In this document: positions 33,004 to 43,592 of the stretch, one piece after another
How the letters are laid out: every line of letters begins with the position of its first letter
Numbering within the stretch: the first letter of the stretch is position 1
Assembly: GCA_963663965.2 (NCBI GenBank)
Contig: CAXXFK010000012.1
Coordinates: 31,043 to 95,042, forward strand
Length of the DNA: 64,000 nt
From: Sedimentisphaerales bacterium
Lineage (GTDB): Bacteria > Planctomycetota > Phycisphaerae > Sedimentisphaerales > SM23-30
Direction of reading: 5' to 3'
Translations under genes and position numbers: made by a program
The notes under the pieces: model-generated
The model's database searches: none
The model's input: only the letters and a program-made list of their open reading frames with translations
Told to the model about the DNA's origin: nothing

Positions 33004-33843
33004 TTAATCGGGAGGCCCACACCAAGGATAACGATCATCATCAACAAGCCATTTACAACCATTTTCTCCTCCTGTAACACCGCATTTAACCAATGGTTCC
33101 TTCGCGATATCCGTAAATACCCATGGATCGAAGTTTACATCTGAAGTAGAGCTTTTATTACATTCATGAAATATTCCAACATATTGATGATAGGTTTCTT
33201 CATCGCCGCCGTAAAATACCGTCGCGACTATTTTAGAGTGTTTTTTGGTACGATGCCCCATCCTTGTTCGCCAACAAAACAATTGATCTGCCAAATGCAT
33301 ATCCCAGATTGCAACAGCATACTGATCACACATAATATAACAACGCTCAAAGGGAAGCCCCGCAATATACTTAGATAAACCATCCTCTAGGGTCCAATTA
33401 TTTACAAAATCATCCAATTTATTAAAATAACTTCTTAATAACTGAGAAGCTTCATTCTTGCACTGCTGAATCGACATGCAACCACCGCATGGACACTTAT
33501 ATTTTTCGCAAATTCGGTGTAATCGAGCTTCATTATCTCTAAAATAAGCACTTGGTCTATCTCGCGTTGCAAGCTTATATTCATATTCAAATAACGCTCC
33601 AAATCCTTCACTATCATTTCCGTTTATAGGGTCACATTTCACATATTGAAAAATATTCTTTCCATCAAGATATTGCCCTAACGGATTAAATCCATTCAAA
33701 TATCCCCCCGATACCATACCCAGCGGATCCCGCTGCATAAACCGACCCTGTTCAGGATTGTACATACCCATACAATAACCGCCATAAAACCAACCCACAG
33801 ATAACATTAACAGGAAACGTAATGTAATTATTTTTTGCATCAT
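33004..33843 (-). CDS. Signal peptide + RHS-core stub + Cys-rich variable C-terminal domain (putative toxin)
   Basis: YNPEQGRFMQRDPLG...DGKNIFQYV...PINGNDSEG after a hydrophobic leader. Confidence 0.75.
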   Translation of the reverse strand: MMQKIITLRFLLMLSVGWFYGGYCMGMYNPEQGRFMQRDPLGMVSGGYLNGFNPLGQYLDGKNIFQYVKCDPINGNDSEGFGALFEYEYKLATRDRPSAYFRDNEARLHRICEKYKCPCGGCMSIQQCKNEASQLLRSYFNKLDDFVNNWTLEDGLSKYIAGLPFERCYIMCDQYAVAIWDMHLADQLFCWRTRMGHRTKKHSKIVATVFYGGDEETYHQYVGIFHECNKSSTSDVNFDPWVFTDIAKEPLVKCGVTGGENGCKWLVDDDRYPWCGPPD

Positions 33844-33922
33844 TTAGCCGCCTTCTTAAAATCCAACAAGAACATTTTGTTGGTAATCTTATTTATAGAT
33901 TCTAGTAATATTTAAATTCCTC

Positions 33923-35383
33923 TCACTTGCTTTCAGCTCCAAATTCCTTAAAACTATACTGATACAATGGTAAATATGGATCCGCTGCCTGCCGCAACAT
34001 CTGCTCAACTGAAAGATTCAATTGACTCAAATCCATTACAAAATCCGCTCGCTTTCGCGCTTCAGATATTTCAACCGGATTCATTGTTTTTTTTATATCA
34101 TTAATTGTATAATCCCTTTCTTCAGCCCTTTTCAATGACCTTGCAAGCGATTCCTGATCGCATCGGTCATTTTCTAAAATACAATAATACCATTTTAGCA
34201 GCTCAATATTATCTTGTGTGGAATGTTCATAGGCTATCAGGCTCGGATCGCTGTAGTCCATCTTATAAAGATTGGCCATATTAAATTCATACCATAATTC
34301 TAATTGAGCCTTAAAATCTCCTAGATGCGCTGCCTGATACGTTGCATTTTTTATCGCCTCTTTCAGATACGGTGGCGAGTTTAGATTTACCTGCAAATCA
34401 GGACGCTGAGCTTGCAGTTCTTTGATATCAGCTTGCGTTATCACAGTTCCCGCCAGTGATACATATTTCAATGACTTCATTCTAGCAAGACAATCTAAAA
34501 TTGTCGATGTCACCTTCGTTTGATCCAGCGATAACACTTCCAGATTTTTCAATGTCTCAATCCCAATTAAATGAGCATTTGTTACATGACATCTATCCAG
34601 CAATAAACGTTTTAGGCCGCTACTCTTAAATTGGATTGCAAAGCCTGGTTTCAGAGAATTTCGCCCTAAATCTAAAGTTTCCAGCGCCGGCATCTTTTGT
34701 ATAACACTCAACCCTTCTCCTGTAACCTCAGTATCATAGAGATTTAAAAAAGTAAGATGAACTAATGGAGCAAGTACAGCAAGATCTTGATCGCTGCAGT
34801 CATAAGGTACCCCCAAATAGTGCAATTCTCCTAGTGTACTAATCTTGTGCCATGACAGTGCTGATATCGACCAACTGAATAACTCTAGATACTTCAATTG
34901 TTTCAATTTAGCCCAGGCGGGTATTTCAGGAATTACTCTTTCAGTAATGGAACTTTTATCAAAATAATAACCTTCTATCCATGGTCTGGTAGGATAAAAA
35001 TCCCCTTGGATTGAGAACGAAAAAGACTCAACATGCCGATGCCGCGATTCATTAGGGGGGGTCAGTTGGATTAATATTACCTTAATACGTTCTCCCATAA
35101 ATACATCAGGAATCTCTTGGCTACTTATATCACGGAATTGTTGTATAACTGAGAGTTCTTCTTGATCAATATCTAAATCATTAAGCTCTTCTATCTCACC
35201 ATACCTCGGAATAAGTATGAATTCGCCTCTCTCCGGCAAAACAATATCTCGTTCTCCCCAATCATTTGGTCGGGAAAAGTTTAATGGATTATGGTGTTCT
35301 ACACGATTGGAAAAAAATGTCCACTCACCAAAAACCGGCATTATAAACACTAACAATACAATCAGAATTTGAACGTTCCTCAT
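33923..35383 (-). CDS. Exported leucine-rich-repeat protein with Sel1-like helical C-terminus
   Basis: ATG 35383 with GAGG RBS; LRRs; C-terminal EARKRADFVM...MLRQAA.PYLPLYQYSF shared with the 29834 paralog. Confidence 0.8.
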   Translation of the reverse strand: MRNVQILIVLLVFIMPVFGEWTFFSNRVEHHNPLNFSRPNDWGERDIVLPERGEFILIPRYGEIEELNDLDIDQEELSVIQQFRDISSQEIPDVFMGERIKVILIQLTPPNESRHRHVESFSFSIQGDFYPTRPWIEGYYFDKSSITERVIPEIPAWAKLKQLKYLELFSWSISALSWHKISTLGELHYLGVPYDCSDQDLAVLAPLVHLTFLNLYDTEVTGEGLSVIQKMPALETLDLGRNSLKPGFAIQFKSSGLKRLLLDRCHVTNAHLIGIETLKNLEVLSLDQTKVTSTILDCLARMKSLKYVSLAGTVITQADIKELQAQRPDLQVNLNSPPYLKEAIKNATYQAAHLGDFKAQLELWYEFNMANLYKMDYSDPSLIAYEHSTQDNIELLKWYYCILENDRCDQESLARSLKRAEERDYTINDIKKTMNPVEISEARKRADFVMDLSQLNLSVEQMLRQAADPYLPLYQYSFKEFGAESK

Positions 35384-35917
35384 AATCGATCTTACCTCTG
35401 ATAACGGAACCCAAAGTACGGTTTTCAAAATCATCACCCCAACAAAACTGATTCAAATACGATCGTATTCAAAACAAGAATAAGCGTCATACCCGATAAA
35501 ACAGTACAACCCCGTCGTACTCTGCTCAACTTCCACCTGGTCCATCCCATATTTTTCATAAAACCGGACATCCTCACAAATTCAACATCTTCGATACCCA
35601 CAGGGTATAGTTCAAATTCCACACCTTTTTAAACGCACACCTCAAACCATTTATAACAGAATAATTCTAATTCAACCCGATTCCCCGAACCGCGACTGAA
35701 CACATCAAACTCCCAAAACCCGCTCTAACCTGCATAATTTCCTTCAAACATCCCTCAAAAACGCCAAATGCGGCGCCAAAACCGGATAAAATTAACATAA
35801 CCAACAACATATCAACAACTTACAACTCCATAAACATCCTGCCACCCCAGCCAAAACCCATCTCAACCCAACCAATCCCCCAAATATTTAAAAATTATCT
35901 GTAATCCCACAATACCC

Positions 35918-35956
35918 TTGACGACATGATATCATAGTGATATCATATTAATATCA
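35918..35956 (+). promoter_or_regulatory. Sigma70 promoter overlapped by three T(G/A)ATATCA boxes
   Basis: TTGACG-17bp-TATCAT; boxes start at 35927, 35938 and 35949. Confidence 0.65.
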
Positions 35957-35979
35957 ACCTCAATACAGGAGATTTCAAG

Positions 35980-36915
35980 ATGGAAGAAAAAGTAAAAAAT
36001 GTGCACAGCGGTTGGATCTTCTTATGGATCGCGATTATCGCCTGGCTGCTCATCCCTGCCCTGTTCTATTGGGGCATCACCCACAGATCAGCCCCCCTGA
36101 TCATCCTGGCCATATTGGAAATCCCAACAGCCTTTCTGATCACCTGGGGCCTTTTCGCCCTTCAGCCCAACGAAGCCCGCGTCCTGGTCCTCTTCGGCAA
36201 ATACGTCGGCACCGTACGCAGCGACGGCTTCCACTGGGCCAACCCCTTCACCGTCTATCGCCCGGTCGAAGTCACCGTCAAGGACGACAAAATCGAAAAG
36301 AAAATCACCGGCATGCATTACCGTATCTCATTGCGCGCCCGCAACTTCCAGACCGGCATCCTCAAAGTCAACGACCTGCGCGGCAACCCCATCGAAATCA
36401 GCGCCGTCGTGGTCTGGTGCGTTCAGGATACCGCCAAAGCCCTGTTCGACGTCGATCACTACGAACAATACGTCCAGATCCAGAGCGAAACCGCCGTCCG
36501 GCATCTGGCCGGCAACTACTCCTACGACCACGGCGACGATTCGGATGAAGAAGGCCTCACCCTACGCGGCAACAGCGACACCATCAACGACGCCCTGAAA
36601 CAGGAACTGCAAATTCGGCTCGACAAAGCCGGTGTCCGGGTCGAAGAAGCCCGCCTCACCCACCTGGCCTACGCCCCCGAAATCGCCCAGGCCATGCTCC
36701 GCCGCCAACAGGCCGAAGCCATCATCGCCGCCCGCAAAAAGATCGTGCACGGCGCCGTCAGCATGGTCGAAATGGCCCTGTCGGAACTATCGACCAAAGA
36801 AATCATCCAACTCGACGAAGAGCGCAAAGCGGCCATGGTCGGCAACCTGCTGGTCATCCTCTGCGGCGAAAGCCAGGCCGAGCCGGTCATCAACGCGGGC
36901 ACGCTCTATCACTAG
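35980..36915 (+). CDS. SPFH/band 7 domain membrane protein
   Basis: Two TM helices, [33 protein letters not shown]. Confidence 0.9.
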   Translation: MEEKVKNVHSGWIFLWIAIIAWLLIPALFYWGITHRSAPLIILAILEIPTAFLITWGLFALQPNEARVLVLFGKYVGTVRSDGFHWANPFTVYRPVEVTVKDDKIEKKITGMHYRISLRARNFQTGILKVNDLRGNPIEISAVVVWCVQDTAKALFDVDHYEQYVQIQSETAVRHLAGNYSYDHGDDSDEEGLTLRGNSDTINDALKQELQIRLDKAGVRVEEARLTHLAYAPEIAQAMLRRQQAEAIIAARKKIVHGAVSMVEMALSELSTKEIIQLDEERKAAMVGNLLVILCGESQAEPVINAGTLYH

Positions 36916-36927
36916 TCAGGAATTATC

Positions 36928-37119
36928 GTGGCCGCCAAAAAAGAATTTCTATTACGCATCGACCCGGATTTATGGCGCGAACTGCAACGCTGGGCCGAAG
37001 ATGAGTTCCGCAGCGTCAACGGACAGATCGAATTCCTACTCCGAGACGCCCTGCGCCAGCGCCGCAAAATCAACCTCCCCCAGGAATCCGCAAACGAAAA
37101 GGAAAGCGCTTCGGAATAA
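36928..37119 (+). CDS. Arc-like ribbon-helix-helix DNA-binding protein
   Basis: FLLRIDP...WA..EFRSVNGQIEFLL. Confidence 0.85.
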   Translation: MAAKKEFLLRIDPDLWRELQRWAEDEFRSVNGQIEFLLRDALRQRRKINLPQESANEKESASE

Positions 37120-37191
37120 TTCTACCTGAGAGAGACCATACGCCGGTTTTGCTTTAATTCCTGATATTGGCTATCATCAGCGATAAAGAAT

Positions 37192-38460
37192 TCAACGACA
37201 CACTCGAAAACCGCGGTCATCATTCGCACCGTCCGGCAATCGATTGTCTCTGAACGTAATAGTGCAATAAGGAGCCGTCTCCCACCAGGCGCCCCCGCGC
37301 ACGACATAATCAATCTCTTCCGATGGCTCATAAGGACTGCTGGTCCATTCATACACATTACCTGCCATATCGTACATGCCATAGTCATAACCAGGATAAT
37401 ATCCCACCGGCGATGTATATGGATAACTGCTCAGGCCCAGAGGATTAGCGTCATCGTAATTTGCCTTTGTTGTGTCGATCGTCATGCCGCAGCCATAAAT
37501 ATTCATCCCGTCAATCCCATCAGCCACCGCTTGCCATTCCCACTCCGTCGGCAACCGCCAGCCGTAGTAACTGCAAAATGCCCAGGCGCCATACCAGGTC
37601 ACCATCACCACCGGATGCCGGTCCATACTGACTCCATCCCGACTGATCACACTGAATTGACCTTCGCTATAAGAAATCTGGCTGGATGAAAACAGATCGT
37701 GAATAAAAAAATAACGTTCTACATAATTCTCATCATTCGACGCGTACACGACACCTTGATAGACCGTAATCCGGTCATGTTCCATCGCCGAGTTAAGGAA
37801 TTCGCAGTACTGACTGTTCGTTACCTCATACTTGCTCATATAGCCGGTAAAACCCTCGTGCCTCGGCACACCCGGATCATTAATATAAGCCCATTTCAGC
37901 CCAAGCGCCTGATGCAAAAGATCAAACTTGGCTCCAAATGCAGGCGCAAGCGCACGAGTAGTTTGAGTTTGCAGATCCCAATACCAGTCTCGCCCGGGAA
38001 AAGTTGCCAGTTCCAGTCCTTCATCCAGGTCGCAGCCATAAGTGCCTCGTATCTCCAACCCATAGCCCTCGGAATATACCGAACCGTCTGCATTATAAGT
38101 GGTCCATTGAATAGTCAGTCGATGATTGGCATCGGGTTCATAATTTTCCACCATAAACCGGCCAAACCGGCCTTCATTGGTCTTGTAGATAAAATAAGTA
38201 CCCAGGATAAAAGCATTGTCACCCGAGGCATCAATAGCAGAAGTGCTGAGACGGCTTTCCATGGTCGAAATCAGATCGTTGCTCAATTCCGCATAGTCAT
38301 AACTCCCCTCCTGCAGCCACTGCCCGGCCATCACCGCAAAATCATTCAAATCTACCCGGCAGTCACCGGTCAAATCCGCGGATGGACACTCCGCCCAGAC
38401 CGGAAGACTGACACCCAATAGTACCCCAAGCAGCATTAAAGACAGCAATCCACGTTTCAT
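37192..38460 (-). CDS. Secreted SUMF1/FGE-sulfatase domain protein with dockerin-like N-terminus
   Basis: ADLTGDCRVDLNDF; YEVTN, RLPTEWEW, DMAGNVYEW, RGGAW, GFR. Confidence 0.88.
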   Translation of the reverse strand: MKRGLLSLMLLGVLLGVSLPVWAECPSADLTGDCRVDLNDFAVMAGQWLQEGSYDYAELSNDLISTMESRLSTSAIDASGDNAFILGTYFIYKTNEGRFGRFMVENYEPDANHRLTIQWTTYNADGSVYSEGYGLEIRGTYGCDLDEGLELATFPGRDWYWDLQTQTTRALAPAFGAKFDLLHQALGLKWAYINDPGVPRHEGFTGYMSKYEVTNSQYCEFLNSAMEHDRITVYQGVVYASNDENYVERYFFIHDLFSSSQISYSEGQFSVISRDGVSMDRHPVVMVTWYGAWAFCSYYGWRLPTEWEWQAVADGIDGMNIYGCGMTIDTTKANYDDANPLGLSSYPYTSPVGYYPGYDYGMYDMAGNVYEWTSSPYEPSEEIDYVVRGGAWWETAPYCTITFRDNRLPDGANDDRGFRVCR

Positions 38461-38852
38461 GATAGTCTCCTTTGTGAAATAGAATTAATATTCATGCATG
38501 ATCCCTGCGACAATAGACATAGATAACCTCAAGTTAATTTTAAAGATAGGCTTATTAGTTAATAGTACTCAGAATCAGCAAATTTCCACTGATTAATTCA
38601 TTTAATAACTTACAAACTGCTAGGCGCCAATGTACATCGGACCAATCCAGTCCGACAACTCCCGGATAGGTCGAAATGGCTGACACAAGTCATGCGTCCA
38701 AAGATTAAACCAGTTACAGAGTCAATAAACAGGATACTCAACCGTTTATCCGATATCCAGATAACTGGTCCTGGGCAGGTTTGATGGTATTAAAGCAAAC
38801 CAACCGGAACACCAATTTCACTATAATGACTTATAAATTAAGGACTTACACT

Positions 38853-40928
38853 ATGTCAACTCGAACCATCGGTTATTTGATTTCGGCGTTCCTTCTGTTA
38901 TCATTACCCTTCCTCGCAATAGCCCAGGATCTGCCCGACACCATCACCACCCGCGAAATCGTCTATAAAACCATCGGAGATGTTGAATTAAAGCTGTATC
39001 TATATGAACCCACGGCCAAAGCCGCCCATCCCCGGCCGGCTATCGTCTTCTTCTTCGGCGGCGGCTGGGTTGGCGGCAGCCCATCCCAGTTTTTCCCGCA
39101 ATGCGAACACCTGGCCCAGAAGGGTATCGTGGCCATCTCCGCGGAATATCGTGTGCGAAATCGACATCAGACCACGCCCTTTGAATGCGTCAAAGATGGC
39201 AAAAGCGCCATTCGCTGGGTACGGGCACACGCTGGCGAACTGGGTGTCGATCCACGCCGCATCGCCGCAGCCGGCGGATCGGCCGGTGGACACGTCGCGG
39301 CCTGTACCGCTACCATCCCCAATCTGGAAAATGAAGGTGAAGACCTCTCCATCTCTTCAATCCCCAACCTGCTGGTCCTGTTCAATCCCGTCCTCGATAC
39401 CTCCAAACTCGGCTACGGCAACGACAAACTCAAAGACCAGTGGCAACGCCTGTCTCCCGCCTCGCATGTCAAGCCCGGCATCTGCCCAACCATTATTTTC
39501 CATGGCATCGCCGACAAAACCGTCCCCATCGAAAATCCCCGCCGCTTTGACCGGCTGATGTACGAAAACGGCAATCACTGCGAACTGATCCAATACGAAG
39601 GCCAGGGCCACGGCTTCTTCAACAAAGGCCGCGGCGGCGACGTCTATTACCACCGGACCCTCGCCGAAATGAGTGACTTTCTGGCCGGCCGGGGCTGGCT
39701 CGCCTTCGACAACCCGCTCGATCCCGACGCCATCCAGCAGCGTATCAATCGCTACCGCACCACCGATGTGACACTCACGCTAACCGACAGCCAGGGCCAA
39801 CCGCTGCCCGACACCGATGTCACCATCGAAATGACCCGCCACCAGTTTCTCTTTGGTTGCAATGCTTTTGCCCTCACGCTCGACGCCGAAAGCGATTACA
39901 ACCGCCGCTACGCCGATCTGTTCAACTTCGCCACTCTGCCCTTTTACTGGGCAACCTACGAACCCAGGCCCGGCCAACCCAACACCGCCAAACTAAACGC
40001 CATGGCCAACTGGTGCAAAAACCACCGTATCATCACCAAAGGCCATCCCCTCACCTGGCACCAGACCATGCCGCGCTGGGCCAACGCGCTTCCGCTGGAT
40101 GAATTTCAGACTACCCAGATGAACCGCATCACCCGCGAAGTCAGCGCTTATGCCGGCCTCATCGATACCTGGGATGTTATCAACGAAGTGGCCGCCACCC
40201 CCAATTACCAGCGCGACGAAAACAATCTCAGCAAGCTCTGTAACAAGATCGGCCAGGACCCGCTCGTCGCGGCCGTCTTTGCCGCCGCTCGCCAGGCCGG
40301 TCCCAACGCCCACCTGATCATCAACGACTTCAATACTTCAGAACAGTGCGTCAATATCGCCGAACGGGCCTTAAACACCACCGTTCCCATCGACATCATC
40401 GGCATCCAATCGCACATGCATACCGGCTATTGGGGCCTGACCAAAGCCTGGGATGTCTGCGACCGGTTCGCCCGCCTCAACAAGCCATTACACTTTACCG
40501 AACTGACCATTCTCTCCGGCGAAATCAAAAAAAATCCCAAATGGAACGAACCCAATCCCGACTGGAACACCACCCCCGAAGGCGAAGCGCAACAGGCCCG
40601 CCAGGTCGAAGAGTTTTATCGCCTGCTCTATTCCCATCCATCCGTCCAGGCCATTACCTGGTGGGATCTGGCCGATCACCGCGCTTGGATGCAGGCCCCG
40701 GGCGGACTGCTCCGCCGCGACCTCAGCCCCAAACCGGCCTACGAAACCCTGCAACGCCTGATCAAACAGGATTGGTGGACACCCACCCGGACACTCAAAA
40801 CCGATGACAACGGCCAGATCACCTTCAAAGCCACCCCCGGCGACTATCTCCTCAAATCCGCCGCCATCAATACCCCATTCAATCTCAACCACGCCGGTAA
40901 ACTATCTTTAACCGTAAGCTTAAAATAA
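38853..40928 (+). CDS. Secreted alpha/beta-hydrolase esterase fused to a GH10 (xylanase-like) domain
   Basis: GGGW, GGSAGG, D..V, HGF; GH10 KGH, WDVINE, QSHM, FTE; ATG 38853 with AAGGA RBS. Confidence 0.85.
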   Translation: MSTRTIGYLISAFLLLSLPFLAIAQDLPDTITTREIVYKTIGDVELKLYLYEPTAKAAHPRPAIVFFFGGGWVGGSPSQFFPQCEHLAQKGIVAISAEYRVRNRHQTTPFECVKDGKSAIRWVRAHAGELGVDPRRIAAAGGSAGGHVAACTATIPNLENEGEDLSISSIPNLLVLFNPVLDTSKLGYGNDKLKDQWQRLSPASHVKPGICPTIIFHGIADKTVPIENPRRFDRLMYENGNHCELIQYEGQGHGFFNKGRGGDVYYHRTLAEMSDFLAGRGWLAFDNPLDPDAIQQRINRYRTTDVTLTLTDSQGQPLPDTDVTIEMTRHQFLFGCNAFALTLDAESDYNRRYADLFNFATLPFYWATYEPRPGQPNTAKLNAMANWCKNHRIITKGHPLTWHQTMPRWANALPLDEFQTTQMNRITREVSAYAGLIDTWDVINEVAATPNYQRDENNLSKLCNKIGQDPLVAAVFAAARQAGPNAHLIINDFNTSEQCVNIAERALNTTVPIDIIGIQSHMHTGYWGLTKAWDVCDRFARLNKPLHFTELTILSGEIKKNPKWNEPNPDWNTTPEGEAQQARQVEEFYRLLYSHPSVQAITWWDLADHRAWMQAPGGLLRRDLSPKPAYETLQRLIKQDWWTPTRTLKTDDNGQITFKATPGDYLLKSAAINTPFNLNHAGKLSLTVSLK

Positions 40929-40951
40929 ACGCCGCAGTTCTCACCAGCAGT

Positions 40952-41056
40952 TATACTGCTTGCAATTAAAAATGCTCGCTGGGCCGTGATAGTAGATCTA
41001 CACGAGTAAAAACTGTTCTTGCGAGCGATCAGGATTTTTCATGCCCATTGGGTATA
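40952..41056. mobile_element. 105-bp MITE-like repeat, copy 2
   Basis: Colinear with 25202-25306, same length and TATAC/GTATA ends. Confidence 0.65.
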
Positions 41057-41493
41057 TCCCCGGCCAGAAATGCCTGCATCCCTTTTTCCCGGATGACCCG
41101 GATGTTTTCCAGATGCCCCCCGCAATGCACCGGCTCCAGCCAGGCCAGCGTCTGGCAGGTTTCAAACCCATCACACTGCCAGCAGCCGTCATACCCCTTC
41201 GTCCGGCAGCAGGCCCGAATCGCGCAATGGGTCGAGCCGCCCCCCGCCCGGCAGACTTGTGTGCAATCCAGGAACATCATCGCCTTTAGCACCCGCATAC
41301 AGACTGGATAGTCTTTCAGGTCCGCGCAAACCTCAGGAAATATCTCCGGCAATCCACGCGCCATCTTATCGAATTCCACCGTCTGTATACTCGCCAGCAA
41401 CCGCCCGGCCACCGAAGCCAATTCACCCTTGCGAATCACACAATCCCCGCAATACAAACCACAATAGGCAACATCCTGATTTTCAGCCATCAT
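41029..41493 (-). CDS. DUF3795-like cysteine-rich protein
   Basis: AYCGLYCGDC...C...CR...CAIRACC...CWQC...C; GAGGA RBS. Confidence 0.75.
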   Translation of the reverse strand: MMAENQDVAYCGLYCGDCVIRKGELASVAGRLLASIQTVEFDKMARGLPEIFPEVCADLKDYPVCMRVLKAMMFLDCTQVCRAGGGSTHCAIRACCRTKGYDGCWQCDGFETCQTLAWLEPVHCGGHLENIRVIREKGMQAFLAGDIPNGHEKS

Positions 41494-41718
41494 TCCAGTC
41501 CTCAATAAATTGACAAACGTATCATCTACACTCGCTTTTTCGCCAACAGCCCTTCCTGATGATTTTCGTATTTTTATTTTCGTTATTTCATTGCACAGCA
41601 GGGCTTTTATTGCCATGTTGAATAATAATCATGTTTTAATTCCAGCTCAATCATGCCATAATTTCACTCTTCTGCATCCTAACAGCCCTGCAATTATATC
41701 TCACTGAATGTTTCACAA

Positions 41719-43044
41719 TTAACACGTACGAAGTACTTCCCCCTGCGGATTGCGAACCATCAACGCTGGCGCCAGCAGCGACAACGGAATCAGACACGCC
41801 GCCAGCATCACCATCCGATACCCTCCTACCCAGTCATGCAGCCGGGTAAAGCTGAACGGCCCGATCGCGCTGGCGCACACCAGCACTGACATCGTCACCC
41901 CGCTGATCGAGCCCAGATGTTCCCGGCCGTAATAACGCGGCCAGACAATCGTCAGCATCAGCCCGAACAGGCCCGCCGAAATGCCATAGCCGCCCACAAA
42001 CAGACCCACTCCCAGCGGACTGCCAATCTGCATCATTCCAAACGCCGCCACCGCCTGACAGACAATCGTCGTCAGCAGCAGATATTTCAACCGGACATGA
42101 TCGCTGATAATACTGGCGACAATGGCGACAAAAATTCCGAAAAATCCAATATAAGCGAACACGCCAAACGCCCCTTCCCGATCCAGCCCCGCCTCTGCCC
42201 CGATCGAGCTCATATGGAACGGCACCGCCGTCATGAACAAAGCCTGCCAGCCCAGCGCCGCCGAATAGATCCAGAACGGCAGCGTTCGCAACGCTTCACC
42301 CCGGGTATATTGCCGGATCGTCGCCGGTACCTTATCTCCTTTGTTATCAGGACCCGGTTCGGCCGCCCTCCCATCCATTGTCAAACCGCACTGTTCCGGA
42401 TTATCCCGAAAGAAAATCCAGCCCAGCGCCGCCATGCCCATACCCACCGCCAGTGCCATATAGAGATAGGACGCCCGCCACCCCACGCCTTTCACCACTT
42501 GATTCAATACCGCCGGCGACACATTAAACGCAAACGAAACAAAAACATTCGAGATCCCCGTCGCCAGGCCCCGCCGCCGGTCAAACCATTTACCCAGCGT
42601 TACCCGCGAGACCATCGTCAGACACCCCTGCCCGAAAAACCGGATCAGCAGAAAACAGACCGCCATCAATGTAATAATCAGCCACGGACTGCCCACCAGC
42701 CGCGGGATCCACACTGTCTGCGACATAATCATCAGACTGATACTGAGCCCGATCGAACTGATCACCACCATGATCCGGGCCCCCAGCCGATCCACCAGAC
42801 TGCCGGCATAAGGCAATATAAAACTGCTCGCCAGCGTCCCGAACATGTACGCCAGGGTCAGATCGTTACGCGAAAGCCCCAGCGCCTCGATCAGACTGTC
42901 GGTAAACACCCCCACCCCCACCGTCTGACCCGGTATACTGGCTATCATACCAATAGCCGTAGCCGCTACAATGACCCAGCCATAAAAAAAAGGAACTCGC
43001 GCCGGATCAAACGGAATCCGCGCCCATTGATCAGAATGTCTCAT
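41719..43044 (-). CDS. MFS transporter
   Basis: About 12 TM helices, G.LVDRLG.R motif A, WF.RRRG.A.G. Confidence 0.9.
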   Translation of the reverse strand: MRHSDQWARIPFDPARVPFFYGWVIVAATAIGMIASIPGQTVGVGVFTDSLIEALGLSRNDLTLAYMFGTLASSFILPYAGSLVDRLGARIMVVISSIGLSISLMIMSQTVWIPRLVGSPWLIITLMAVCFLLIRFFGQGCLTMVSRVTLGKWFDRRRGLATGISNVFVSFAFNVSPAVLNQVVKGVGWRASYLYMALAVGMGMAALGWIFFRDNPEQCGLTMDGRAAEPGPDNKGDKVPATIRQYTRGEALRTLPFWIYSAALGWQALFMTAVPFHMSSIGAEAGLDREGAFGVFAYIGFFGIFVAIVASIISDHVRLKYLLLTTIVCQAVAAFGMMQIGSPLGVGLFVGGYGISAGLFGLMLTIVWPRYYGREHLGSISGVTMSVLVCASAIGPFSFTRLHDWVGGYRMVMLAACLIPLSLLAPALMVRNPQGEVLRTC

Positions 43045-43089
43045 ATGTTATATACCATTAACTATTAAAAAATGCCCGTCAGCCCCCCG

Positions 43090-43114
43090 GTAGAGACGCG
43101 ATGCCTCGCGTCTC
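43090..43114. repeat. GTAG-type REP-like palindrome
   Basis: GTAGAGACGCGATGCCTCGCGTCTC (GAGACGCGA / TCGCGTCTC stem). Confidence 0.6.
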
Positions 43115-43491
43115 AATTTATGCGAGCGATCGAATTTCATCCATACCCGATGGGCATATCTTCAGGCAGGCCGGAGAACCATAATCCCCCGGTGATAAGT
43201 CGTCTTTTCAACATCAATTACAGTATAAACCACCCCGCCCAATATAACAACCACTCCCTTCAAAATCACCGTTTGTCAAAATTACCATATCCCCAACTTC
43301 TGACAATCGCCTCTCAAATCCCCTCCCATAACTCCCATAACTCCCATAATTCCCATACCCCACCCACCACCATATCCATCATAACTACATACATTTCAAC
43401 CCCTTAAAGACCCATACGTCCCATCGGTCCCATTGGCCTCATATTTTACGATAACATCACTGCATGTTACTTATGTTTTTACAGAATCAAT

Positions 43492-43520
43492 TTGGCCGCC
43501 TCATAACACTGTTCTATAAT
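43492..43520 (+). promoter_or_regulatory. Sigma70 promoter, copy A
   Basis: TTGGCC-17bp-TATAAT at the position homologous to 47728-47756. Confidence 0.6.
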
Positions 43521-43526
43521 ACCTAA

Positions 43527-43592
43527 GTCGACCCAATAGCTTTCGAACCACCCACCAAACCGGCCACGCCCGCAGAGATCCTCTGCGCATAG
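43527..43592 (+). ncRNA. Putative C-rich small RNA, copy A
   Basis: Follows the promoter; conserved with 47763-47855; ends in a GCAGAG/CTCTGC hairpin. Confidence 0.4.

Noticed and set aside
35434..35622. 62-aa ORF at the island edge
   Set aside because: Short, no motif; at most a gene remnant
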